IMG/VR virus record: IMGVR_UViG_3300028873_000026
Span: 1 to 58,646 of that record
Length of the DNA: 58,646 nt
Reading direction: 5' to 3' (one strand)
Origin: a virus
Taxonomy: Duplodnaviria; Caudoviricetes
Part shown: positions 33,253-42,347 of the stretch, piece after piece
How positions within the stretch are numbered: the stretch's first letter is position 1
Layout of the letters: each line of letters starts with the position of its first letter
The notes under the pieces: model-generated
Database searches by the model: none
What the model was told of the DNA's origin: nothing
The model's input: the letters and a program-made list of their open reading frames with translations, nothing else
Made by a program: the position numbers and the translations under genes

Positions 33253-35844
33253 GTGAACCACTTGTATTACACGACGTCTGAGCAGGCGGCGTACCCTGTG
33301 TGCTTCCTGGTTCCATCGATCCGCAGGGATGAGATCCACAAAGCCTACATCGAACCTTTCGGGCTTGCCCAAGACGATGTGATCGTCCTCGACCTGCATT
33401 ATACGCCGAACGCCAAAAAGACGCCGGCCAAGGACATGAAGGCGTATTTCACCGAGGAACTCGTCCCCATTCTCGAAGAGATGGGCATCGAATATCTCGT
33501 CGTCGCCGACAGCGACTATTTCAAGGTGCTCACCAAGTCCCAGAAGACCGAAGCCCACCTGGGCTACGTGCTCGACTGCGTGTTCGGCCCCTGGAAAGTG
33601 ATCTACGTCCCGAATTTCCGCTCGATCTTCTATGACCCAGAGAAAGTCACAGCCAAGATTGGCCAGGGTATCCGGGCTCTCATGGATCACCGAGCCGGTG
33701 TCTACCAGGCTCCCGGCAACGAAGTGCTCATGCACGAGGAATACCCCCGAAGTCTTGAAGAGATCAAAGCCGCTCTCGATCGGCTGATCGCCATGAATGT
33801 GCCGCTGACGATCGACATCGAGACCTTCAGCCTCAAGCACGACAAAGCAGGGATCGGTACGATCTCGTTCGCTTGGTCCAAGCATGAGGGCATCGCCTTC
33901 CCCGTCGACTACGAAGAGATCGAAGGAGCCACCGAGGCGCCTTTTGGACGGCAAGTGCGAAGCGAACCGAAGCGGAAGCTTCTGCGCTATTTCTTTGCTC
34001 GGCTGGCTCAAAAAGCCATTTATCACCTAATCGCCTTCGACGTGTATGTGCTGATTTATCAGTTGTATATGGAGGATCAGCTCGACACCAAAGGCTTGCT
34101 CTTCGGCGTGAGCATGTTGCTCAAGAACTGGGAATGCACGAAGCTGATTTCGTACCTCGCTACGAATTCATGCTCGGGAAACCGGCTCTCGCTCAAGGAT
34201 CAAGCTCAGGAATTCGCCGGAAACTATGGGATGTCCGAGATCAAGGACATCACTCGGATCAAGCTGGATATGCTGCTCCGCTACAACTTAGTGGACAGTT
34301 GCTCCACATGGTTCGTGTACGAGAAGCACTGGAACACACTCGTCGACGACCAGCAGCTGGAAATCTACGAGACGCTCTTCAAGCCGGCGACAGCCGATAT
34401 TATCCAGATGCAGCTCACCGGGCTTCCGGTGAACATGGAGAGGGTCGTCGAGGTCAAGGCCATCTTGGTGGCCGACGAACAAAGCGCCATCACCAGGCTC
34501 CAGCAAAGCTCGATCGGTGTGGCATTTACCCACCGGCTCAATGAGCAGTGGGTCGAGAAGAAGAACACGACACTCAAAAAGAAGCGTGTGATCCTGGCTG
34601 ATGCCAAGGAGGTCTTCAATCCGAACTCCGGGCCTCAGCTACAAGATCTCCTTTATGGGATGCTTGACCTGCCGGTGATCGCTTTCACCGACTCGAAGCA
34701 ACCCAGCACCAAGGCTGAAGTCCTCAAAGATCTCAAGCACGAGACCAAAGATCCAGAAATTCTCAGTTTTCTGGATGCCCTCCTGGACTACGCAGGAGTC
34801 TCGATCATCCTCGAGACTTTCATCCCGGCGCTCGAAAACTCAGTCCCTGGGCCTGATGGCTGGCACTATCTGTGTGGGAATTTCAACCTGGGGGGAACCC
34901 TCTCAGGGAGACTCTCTTCGTCTGATCCCAATCTCCAGAACCTGCCGGCTCACAGCAAATACGCCAAACTCATCAAGAGCTGCGTGGAAGCACCCCCTGG
35001 CTGGGTGTTTCTCGGCCTGGATTTTGACTCGCTCGAAGACAAGATCTCGGCGCTCACCACCAGAGATCCGAACAAGATCAAGGTCTACACGGACGGCTAT
35101 GATGGGCACTCTCTGAGGGCTTACAGCTACTGGACAGACCAAATGCCTGACATCGATCCGACAAGCGTCGAGTCGATCAATTCGATCCAGAAGAAGTACA
35201 AGCCACTTCGCCAGAATAGTAAGCCACCGACATTCGCTCTCACCTATCAAGGGACCTTTCAAACCTTGATGCGGAACTGCGGATTCTCGATGGAGGAAGC
35301 CAAGCGTATCGAGGACAGCTTCAAAAAGCTCTACAAAGTCTCGATCGATTGGGTGAACGGCAAGCTCGACCAGGCTGCCAAAGACGGCTTCGTCACCGTG
35401 GCTTTCGGGTTGCGAGTTCGCACTCCCCTCCTGGCTCAAGTGATCCGCGGAAATGGCAAAACACCTCATGAGGCGGAAGCCGAAGGTCGAAGTGCAGGCA
35501 ATGCGCTGGGCCAGAGCTGGTGCCTTTTAAACTCCAGGGCCTGGGTCGACTTCATGAAGGGAGTCCGCAAGAGCAAGTATCGTCTCGATATTCGCCCCTG
35601 CGCTCAGATCCATGATGCCGGTTATGCTCTGGTTCGAGATGACATAGGCGCTATCGCCTATGTGAATGAACACTTGGTCAAGGCAGTCCAATGGCAGGAT
35701 CATCCTGACATCTGGCATGACGAAGTGAAACTTGGTGGTGCTCTTTCGATCTTCTGGCCTTCATGGGCTGAGGAGATCCACATCCCGAATGGCGCCACTG
35801 AAACTCAACTGCCAGGGATCATCGAAAAAGCCCTGGCGAACTAG
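33253..35844 (+). CDS. Family A DNA polymerase
   Basis: Exonuclease DIET, SGRLSSSDPNLQN, motif A DFDSLE, motif B RQNSKPPTFALTY, motif C QIHDA. Confidence 0.95.
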   Translation: MNHLYYTTSEQAAYPVCFLVPSIRRDEIHKAYIEPFGLAQDDVIVLDLHYTPNAKKTPAKDMKAYFTEELVPILEEMGIEYLVVADSDYFKVLTKSQKTEAHLGYVLDCVFGPWKVIYVPNFRSIFYDPEKVTAKIGQGIRALMDHRAGVYQAPGNEVLMHEEYPRSLEEIKAALDRLIAMNVPLTIDIETFSLKHDKAGIGTISFAWSKHEGIAFPVDYEEIEGATEAPFGRQVRSEPKRKLLRYFFARLAQKAIYHLIAFDVYVLIYQLYMEDQLDTKGLLFGVSMLLKNWECTKLISYLATNSCSGNRLSLKDQAQEFAGNYGMSEIKDITRIKLDMLLRYNLVDSCSTWFVYEKHWNTLVDDQQLEIYETLFKPATADIIQMQLTGLPVNMERVVEVKAILVADEQSAITRLQQSSIGVAFTHRLNEQWVEKKNTTLKKKRVILADAKEVFNPNSGPQLQDLLYGMLDLPVIAFTDSKQPSTKAEVLKDLKHETKDPEILSFLDALLDYAGVSIILETFIPALENSVPGPDGWHYLCGNFNLGGTLSGRLSSSDPNLQNLPAHSKYAKLIKSCVEAPPGWVFLGLDFDSLEDKISALTTRDPNKIKVYTDGYDGHSLRAYSYWTDQMPDIDPTSVESINSIQKKYKPLRQNSKPPTFALTYQGTFQTLMRNCGFSMEEAKRIEDSFKKLYKVSIDWVNGKLDQAAKDGFVTVAFGLRVRTPLLAQVIRGNGKTPHEAEAEGRSAGNALGQSWCLLNSRAWVDFMKGVRKSKYRLDIRPCAQIHDAGYALVRDDIGAIAYVNEHLVKAVQWQDHPDIWHDEVKLGGALSIFWPSWAEEIHIPNGATETQLPGIIEKALAN

Positions 35845-35854
35845 GAAAACCTAA

Positions 35855-36289
35855 ATGGGTGAATCGAAATTGAAGCCGAAGCCTGACCACAAGGCTCCGG
35901 CAGCGGCGGACGTGTTGGAGCACTACTTTCTCATCGCCGGCAACATCGTGTTTACGATCGGCGAAGAGCCGACACCGATCTCGGCGGCCTGCAATGCGGT
36001 CGTGCGGAGTATCGATGGCCGACTCGGAGTCGCTCACATTGCTCGTGCGCAGCAGGCTCTCCAGGGCCAGTTCCACAAGAAGATCGGCAGCGAGATCAAG
36101 CTGACCGTCGTCGACGTGGTGATCACGGCGGCAATACCCCTCGGCGTCTTCACGCAGGCCGAGTTCAACAAGCTCCCCGAAGGCATGGTGTTGGTCGAAC
36201 GTCCCCCGGTCAACGCACCGGTGAACAAAGATCTCGATCAGCAGTCTGCCGACGCTGCGTTGCAGAGCGAAGACGCTCTCAACGTCTGA
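35855..36289 (+). CDS. Hypothetical protein (N4 gp40 position)
   Basis: AGGA SD; synteny. Confidence 0.75.
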   Translation: MGESKLKPKPDHKAPAAADVLEHYFLIAGNIVFTIGEEPTPISAACNAVVRSIDGRLGVAHIARAQQALQGQFHKKIGSEIKLTVVDVVITAAIPLGVFTQAEFNKLPEGMVLVERPPVNAPVNKDLDQQSADAALQSEDALNV

Positions 36290-36365
36290 ACCAAGAAACC
36301 CATAGGGATCACAGCCTTTGACCGGGCCGTGGTCCCTTTTTCATGCTCAACGCAGGACAACGCAA

Positions 36366-37352
36366 GTGATTACCAATCGATCCGACATCAGTCTCGCTCT
36401 TGCCGTCTGGCTCCTGCACGACGAATACGACTCTCAAGCCGGCAAGTTCAACAAGTACATCTCGGCGACTTCGATCATGAAGCCGCTCCGGCACATCTTG
36501 CTGCCCCGGCGCATGGACGTTGGCGACAACGTGATCGATGTCGAAGACTTCATCGCTCGCTCGATGGGCCATGCTCTCCACGACTCGGTTGAAAAAGCCT
36601 GGGTCCATGGTTACGCAAGATCGCTCAAGCTCCTGGGCTACCCCCAGCATCTGATCGACCGGGTGCGGATCAATCCCACCGACGACGAAGTCCGAGCCTC
36701 GAACGAGATCATCCCGATCTACATGGAACAACGGCTCTTTCGAGAGATCGACGGTTGGACGGTCGGCGGCAAGTTCGACTTTGTCACCGAAGGCATTGTC
36801 CAGGATCAGAAGAGCACGAGCGCTTATGCCTGGCTCCTGGGAAGCCGTGACGACGACTACAAACTCCAGATGAGTTTGTACCGCTGGCTGGACGCCGGAC
36901 AACCTCTTCGCAAGATCACCGAGGACTATGGCCGCATCAATTTCATCTTCACCGACTGGCAGAAGATGCAGGCCAAACAAAATCCCAATTACCCACAAAA
37001 GAAGGTTGAGTTTAAGGAGATCTCTCTTCTATCTCTTGATGAGACCGAGCAGTGGCTTCGCCACAAGCTTTCCCTCATCGATAAATATAAGGAAGTCGCC
37101 GAACCGAACCTTCCCGAATGCACAGACGAAGAGCTGTGGCGTTCGGAGCCGGTCTTCAAATTCTATTCTGACCCCATGAAGACCTCTGGTCGCTCGACCA
37201 AGAACTTCGACAACCTCAATGATGCCTTGAGTTTCAAGACGTCGAAGGGTGGTCAAGGGATCATCAAAACCGTGCCCGGTGAGCCAAAGCGATGCGGCTA
37301 CTGCGAGGCATTCGCCATTTGCACCCAAAAAGACAGGTACTTCACCCCATGA
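36366..37352 (+). CDS. PD-(D/E)xK (Cas4-like) exonuclease
   Basis: ISATS, GHALH, GKFDF...QDQKST, C-terminal CGYC...C. Confidence 0.85.
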   Translation: MITNRSDISLALAVWLLHDEYDSQAGKFNKYISATSIMKPLRHILLPRRMDVGDNVIDVEDFIARSMGHALHDSVEKAWVHGYARSLKLLGYPQHLIDRVRINPTDDEVRASNEIIPIYMEQRLFREIDGWTVGGKFDFVTEGIVQDQKSTSAYAWLLGSRDDDYKLQMSLYRWLDAGQPLRKITEDYGRINFIFTDWQKMQAKQNPNYPQKKVEFKEISLLSLDETEQWLRHKLSLIDKYKEVAEPNLPECTDEELWRSEPVFKFYSDPMKTSGRSTKNFDNLNDALSFKTSKGGQGIIKTVPGEPKRCGYCEAFAICTQKDRYFTP

Positions 37353-39523
37353 TCGACCTCACTGGTGTCACCCACCACCCGGCCATTGAAGAATTGGTCG
37401 AGGTGCTCTGCAACAAGACGCAGAACACGGATCGTGGGTTCTTCCGGTGCGAAGTCGCTTACTTCCTGGGCAAGATGGCCAGCTCGATGCGGGCCACCAT
37501 CGTCACCAAGGACAGGGGCGACATCCCGGTCAATATCTATGCTCTCGCCTTGGCCACTTCGGGCTTTGGCAAAGGCCACAGCGTCAACGTCGTCGAAAAC
37601 GAATTCATGAGGGGCTTCAAGAAGCGCTTCCTGGAGGACACGATGCCGGTGATCAGCGAGCAAAACCACTGGGTCATCGGCAATGACCGGGCTGTTCGCC
37701 AGAACACGGATCCCCAGGAGGAGTTTGAGAAGGTCCAGAAGGAATACAAGCGTACTGGCGCCTTCGCCTACACCTTCGACTCTGGCACCCCTCCTGCGGT
37801 CAAGCAGCTGCGTCACAAGCTGCTCTTGGCGAACTGTGGCTCCATCAATCTCCAGATCGACGAGATCGGTTCGAACCTCATTGGTTCGGTCGACATCCTC
37901 AATCTGTTTCTGGAGCTCTATGATCAGGGCGTGGTCAAGGCCAAGCTGACCAAGGTCACCGCGGACAATGAGCGCACCGAGGAGCTCGACGGCAAGACGC
38001 CCACAAACATGCTTCTGTTCGGGACGCCGGCCAAGCTCTTCGACGGAGGCATCACCGAGGATCAGTTCTACTCGTTCCTCGAGACTGGCTACGCTCGTCG
38101 CTGTCTCTTTGGCGTCGGGCAGCAGGATCGCAAGGCGTTCAATTCGCAGTCCCCGGAAGAGATCTACGAACGCCTCACGGAGCCACAGAACAACGAGACG
38201 ATCCAGCGATGGGCAGCGCATTTCCATTCGCTCGCCGATCCAGGGATGTTCGGCTGGAAGATGGTCGTCGAAAAGGAAGTTGGCACTGCCCTGGTCAGCT
38301 ACAAGATTGCCTGCGAACAGGCAGCCGAGTTGATGCCTGACCATGCCGAGATCCAGAAGGCCGAGCTATCGCATCGGTACTTCAAGGCGCTGAAACTGGC
38401 AGGGGCCTTGGCCTTTATCGATCAGTGCAACGAGATCGAACTCCTTCATCTGCAACAGGCGATCTTGCTCGTCGAAGAGTCTGGGGTGGCCTTCACCACC
38501 ATTCTCAAGCGCGAGAAAGTCCATGTGAAGCTGGCGAAGTACATCGCCACCTGTGGTGAAGACCTCACTCAGGCGGACTTGATCGAGGCTCTGCCCTTCT
38601 ACAAGAAGGGTGTCGCTCTGCGAAACGAGATGATGACCCTGGCTACGGCCTGGGGCTACAAGAACAACGTCATCATCAAGAAGACATTCGTCGACGGGAT
38701 CGAGTTCTACAAGGGGGAAACCCTGCAAGAGACCGATCTCAACGACATGATCTTCTCGTACAGCGACAACTGGGCCTACGAATATGCTCCCCCGGAGGAA
38801 CCTGTTCCCTTCGATCAGCTTCATGTGCTGACCCAAGCGCAGGACATGCACTGGGCGAACCATCACTTCAAGAACAAGCACCGAGCCGAGGAGAACGTCG
38901 TTCCTGGGTTCAATATGCTCGTGCTCGACGTGGATGGGGGCATCTCTGTCGACCTCGTGCGCAGCCTTCTCACGGAAGTGAAGCACTTCATCTACACGAC
39001 GAAGCGCAGCACACCCGAAGAGAACCGCTTCAGGCTCATCATCCCGATCAATTATCGGCTTGAGCTCGACAAAGACGAGTATGGGGAGCTGGTGAACGAG
39101 GTCGTCTCATGGTTGCCCTTCAAGACAGCCGATGTCGACGCGAGTTCAAGCCAGCGGTCCAAGAAGTGGATGACGTTCGAGGGTGGTGAGTACCACTACA
39201 ACATGGATGGAGACCTGTTCGACGTCCTTCCATTCATCCCCAAGACCTCGAAGAACGAAGCCCATAAGAAGGACTTCAAGGCTGTGGCTTCACTCGACAA
39301 CCTTGAGCGGTGGTTCGCTCAACGGATCGTCACGGGGAGTCGGAATAACCACATGGTCAAGTTCGCTTTGGCGCTCTTGGACAGCGGTCTGGATCTCGTC
39401 ACTGTCAGTCGACAAGTCCATGCCTTCAACAAAAAGCTCTCGGATCCCATGGATGCCGACGAGATCGACTCCACGATCATGGTCACCGTGGGCAAGCGAT
39501 ACCAGAAACTCCTGGCTGCGTAG
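37349..39523 (+). CDS. N4 gp43-like primase/replication protein
   Basis: ATSGFGKG, QIDEIG, VLDVDGG, GSRNN. Confidence 0.85.
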   Translation: MIDLTGVTHHPAIEELVEVLCNKTQNTDRGFFRCEVAYFLGKMASSMRATIVTKDRGDIPVNIYALALATSGFGKGHSVNVVENEFMRGFKKRFLEDTMPVISEQNHWVIGNDRAVRQNTDPQEEFEKVQKEYKRTGAFAYTFDSGTPPAVKQLRHKLLLANCGSINLQIDEIGSNLIGSVDILNLFLELYDQGVVKAKLTKVTADNERTEELDGKTPTNMLLFGTPAKLFDGGITEDQFYSFLETGYARRCLFGVGQQDRKAFNSQSPEEIYERLTEPQNNETIQRWAAHFHSLADPGMFGWKMVVEKEVGTALVSYKIACEQAAELMPDHAEIQKAELSHRYFKALKLAGALAFIDQCNEIELLHLQQAILLVEESGVAFTTILKREKVHVKLAKYIATCGEDLTQADLIEALPFYKKGVALRNEMMTLATAWGYKNNVIIKKTFVDGIEFYKGETLQETDLNDMIFSYSDNWAYEYAPPEEPVPFDQLHVLTQAQDMHWANHHFKNKHRAEENVVPGFNMLVLDVDGGISVDLVRSLLTEVKHFIYTTKRSTPEENRFRLIIPINYRLELDKDEYGELVNEVVSWLPFKTADVDASSSQRSKKWMTFEGGEYHYNMDGDLFDVLPFIPKTSKNEAHKKDFKAVASLDNLERWFAQRIVTGSRNNHMVKFALALLDSGLDLVTVSRQVHAFNKKLSDPMDADEIDSTIMVTVGKRYQKLLAA

Positions 39524-39585
39524 CAGAAACCCCGAGCCGTATTTCGGTTCGGGGCTCACTGTCTCAAGCCCCAAAGTGAGGACGT

Positions 39586-40329
39586 ATGTCTGACGTTTTA
39601 GAGATCAATGATCAGCTGGTGTTGGTCGTTGGGTTTTCAGCCACTGGCAAGAGCGCCAGTCTACGCAATATTCGGAACCAAGAACGCTGGATGCACTTGA
39701 ACACCGAGGCCGGAAAGCGGCTTCCGTTCAAGAACAAGTTCCAGCCCTATCGCATCGAAGACCCTTATCAGGTCCACGAAGCGTTCGACTACGCCACGTA
39801 CACTGCACTCGCCAAGACCGATGGGATCATCCTCGATTCGGTGACGTTCCTCATGGATATGATGGAAACGCAGTACGTGCTGAATTCGGCGGACACGATG
39901 AAGGGCTGGAGCAACTACGCACAGTTCTTCAAGACGCTGATGCAGGAGAAGGTCACCCGCTTCGGCAAGCCCGTCATCATCACTGCCCATGTGAAAGACG
40001 AGCTCGACGAGAAGGCCATGGAGATGAAGACCTCCGTGCCGATCAAGGGCTCGCTCAAGAACAACGGCGTCGAATCCTACTTCTCGACGGTGGTCGGAAC
40101 CAAGAAGATGACCATCAAGGACTTGGAGCCTTACGCTTCAAACCTTCTGGTCATCACCGACGAGGAGCGGGATCTGGGATACAAGCATGTGTTCCAGACT
40201 CGGCCGACCAAGTCCACGATCGGAGAGAGGATCCGATCTCCCATGGGTCTGTTCGACAAGAGCCAGACCTACATGGACAACGACTGTCAGATCCTCCTGG
40301 ATCACCTGACAGCTTTCTACGGGTCTTAA
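39586..40329 (+). CDS. Sak4-like AAA protein (N4 gp44-like)
   Basis: GFSATGKS, IILDS, ERIRSPMG. Confidence 0.85.
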   Translation: MSDVLEINDQLVLVVGFSATGKSASLRNIRNQERWMHLNTEAGKRLPFKNKFQPYRIEDPYQVHEAFDYATYTALAKTDGIILDSVTFLMDMMETQYVLNSADTMKGWSNYAQFFKTLMQEKVTRFGKPVIITAHVKDELDEKAMEMKTSVPIKGSLKNNGVESYFSTVVGTKKMTIKDLEPYASNLLVITDEERDLGYKHVFQTRPTKSTIGERIRSPMGLFDKSQTYMDNDCQILLDHLTAFYGS

Positions 40330-40385
40330 TTTACCCGCAACTCAACGTGGGTGAGTCCCACTTCAACAAGAAAGAAGCACTGAAC

Positions 40386-41144
40386 ATGAGTCTTTTCGGC
40401 AATCTGAAATCCGATGGCCTCGAAGAGTCGCAGGATCGTCTCGGCGGCTTTTCGGTCTGGGAATCGGACATCTACACGGGTCCGATCAAGATGGCCTATG
40501 CCGGCCAGTCGGAGCAGGGCGCTCGCAACGTGACCCTCATTTTCGAGGCGAACGGCAAGGAGTACCGCGAGACCGTCTACATCACGAACAAGAAGGGCGA
40601 AAACTGGTTCATCAACAAGGATGACAAGACCAAGAAGGTGCCTCTGCCCGGCTTCACCACCATCGAAGACATCTGCATCATCGCGACCGGCAAGCCGTTG
40701 GCGGAACAGAGCGCCGAAGACAAGATGGTCAAGATCTACGACAAGGATCTGAAGAAGGAGGTGCCGAAATCGGTGCCCGTCCTGACGGAGCTTCTCGGTC
40801 AGTCGCTCTCGCTCGCCATCGTCAAGCAGCTCGAAAACAAGAGCGAGAAGGACGGCCAGGGCGGCTATGTCGACACGGCCGAAACCCGCAACTCGAACGT
40901 GATCGAGAAGGTCTTCCACACCGAATCGAAGATGACCGTGGCGGAAGCCCGTCAGGGTCTCGAAACGGCGATCTTTTGGGACGCCTGGCTCGAACGCAAC
41001 AAGGGCAAGGAACGCGATCGTCGGTCGATCAAGGGCGGCGCCGGTGGCCAGGCCGGCAAGCCGGGTGGTCGGACTCAGTCCGGTCCTCCGCAGGCAGGCA
41101 ATGGCGCTCCGGCTCGCAAGAGCCTCTTCGGCGCCAAGGCCTGA
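40386..41144 (+). CDS. ssb: N4-type single-stranded DNA-binding protein (gp45-like)
   Basis: DRLGGF, LPGFT, G-rich tail ending RKSLFG. Confidence 0.85.
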   Translation: MSLFGNLKSDGLEESQDRLGGFSVWESDIYTGPIKMAYAGQSEQGARNVTLIFEANGKEYRETVYITNKKGENWFINKDDKTKKVPLPGFTTIEDICIIATGKPLAEQSAEDKMVKIYDKDLKKEVPKSVPVLTELLGQSLSLAIVKQLENKSEKDGQGGYVDTAETRNSNVIEKVFHTESKMTVAEARQGLETAIFWDAWLERNKGKERDRRSIKGGAGGQAGKPGGRTQSGPPQAGNGAPARKSLFGAKA

Positions 41145-41146
41145 TC

Positions 41147-41695
41147 ATGAAGATCTCTGTTGTGGGGTTCGACCCCAGTCTCACTCACTGGGGGGTTGCT
41201 AAAGGCAACCTGGACCTCACGACAGGGTATCTTGAAGATGTGTTTCTTCAGGTCATTGAGCCAGAAAGGATCACCCACAAGCAGGTTCGGCAGAACTCAA
41301 AGGATCTCGACGCCACGAAACAGCTCGCTGTAGCCGTCTTGGAAGCATCAGTAGGGGCTAAAGCCATCTTTGCTGAGGTTCCCGTAGGTTCGCAGTCAGC
41401 CCGAGCGATGGCGTCATATGGCTTCTGTGTAGGCATTCTTGGAACGATGCTGGCACAAGGTATTCAAATCATCGAAGTCACAGCGGCTGAGGTGAAAAGG
41501 GCGATGACTGGCAATGGCCATGCGACCAAAGGTGACATGATCGCCTCGGCGCTTTCGCTGTATCCAGGAGCGAACTTCCCGCTGCATAGAGGGAAAATCA
41601 CACTTGCAGCAGAACACGTTGCAGATGCTCTTGGGGCCATTCACGCAGGCGTAAACACGCCGTTGTTCCAGAATCTCAGAAAACTTTACGTCTAA
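41147..41695 (+). CDS. RuvC-like Holliday junction resolvase
   Basis: GFDPSLTHWG, EVPVGSQ, EHVADA. Confidence 0.85.
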   Translation: MKISVVGFDPSLTHWGVAKGNLDLTTGYLEDVFLQVIEPERITHKQVRQNSKDLDATKQLAVAVLEASVGAKAIFAEVPVGSQSARAMASYGFCVGILGTMLAQGIQIIEVTAAEVKRAMTGNGHATKGDMIASALSLYPGANFPLHRGKITLAAEHVADALGAIHAGVNTPLFQNLRKLYV

Positions 41696-41718
41696 ACGCA
41701 AACTCTAAGGAGATACAC

Positions 41719-42174
41719 ATGCAGATTACTTTGGTTCAGACCGAGTTGGAATTGGCAATTCGGGAATACGTCGGCCGTCAGCTCAAGGTTGCCGATGGCA
41801 TGTCCATGGGCATCGAGCTCTCGGCGACTCGCGGAGCCGAAGGCTTCAAAGCGGTCATCGATATTCTGCCGATCGGGACGGTCATCGCTCAGCCGAAGTC
41901 GGCTGCTCGTCCGGCTTTCCCGTCTTTCGGGACCGGCTCTCAGACCGTTGCTTCGGCAGTTGTCGTTCCGGCCCCCGAGGCTTCCACCGAAGTCAGCGAC
42001 GAATCCCAGGGGCAGACTGGCAATGATGTCGAGACTGTCGCCGAGGAGTCGGGACAGAGCGCCAACTCGACCGAGACGACTGCTGAGACGACGACGCTTC
42101 ACACTGAGGCGGCGCCTGCCAATTCCGGCGCTCGTTCGCTCTTCAAGGGCCTGAGCCGGCCCAAAAACAGCTGA
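41719..42174 (+). CDS. N4 gp47-like protein
   Basis: MQITLVQTELELAI, ATRG, C-terminal RSLF. Confidence 0.75.
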   Translation: MQITLVQTELELAIREYVGRQLKVADGMSMGIELSATRGAEGFKAVIDILPIGTVIAQPKSAARPAFPSFGTGSQTVASAVVVPAPEASTEVSDESQGQTGNDVETVAEESGQSANSTETTAETTTLHTEAAPANSGARSLFKGLSRPKNS

Positions 42175-42326
42175 TGGGCGACATTGGCATCCTGATCATC
42201 GGGGTGCTGGTGGTGATCGCAATGTTGATGATCACTTCGGTGATCATCGCATTGGCCCCATATATCGCCGGAATTCTCGTAGTTCTGGGGCTTTGCTGGT
42301 TCACCTTCAGGCCAAAAAGGGGATGA
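42174..42326 (+). CDS. Small hydrophobic membrane protein (50 aa)
   Basis: TGATG coupling; almost entirely hydrophobic, basic C-terminus RPKRG. Confidence 0.65.
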   Translation: MGDIGILIIGVLVVIAMLMITSVIIALAPYIAGILVVLGLCWFTFRPKRG

Positions 42327-42343
42327 GGAATCATCCCCTTTTT
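42314..42343. terminator. Bidirectional terminator between middle and late regions
   Basis: AAAAAGGGGATGA-GGAA-TCATCCCCTTTTT. Confidence 0.85.
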
Positions 42344-42347
42344 CACG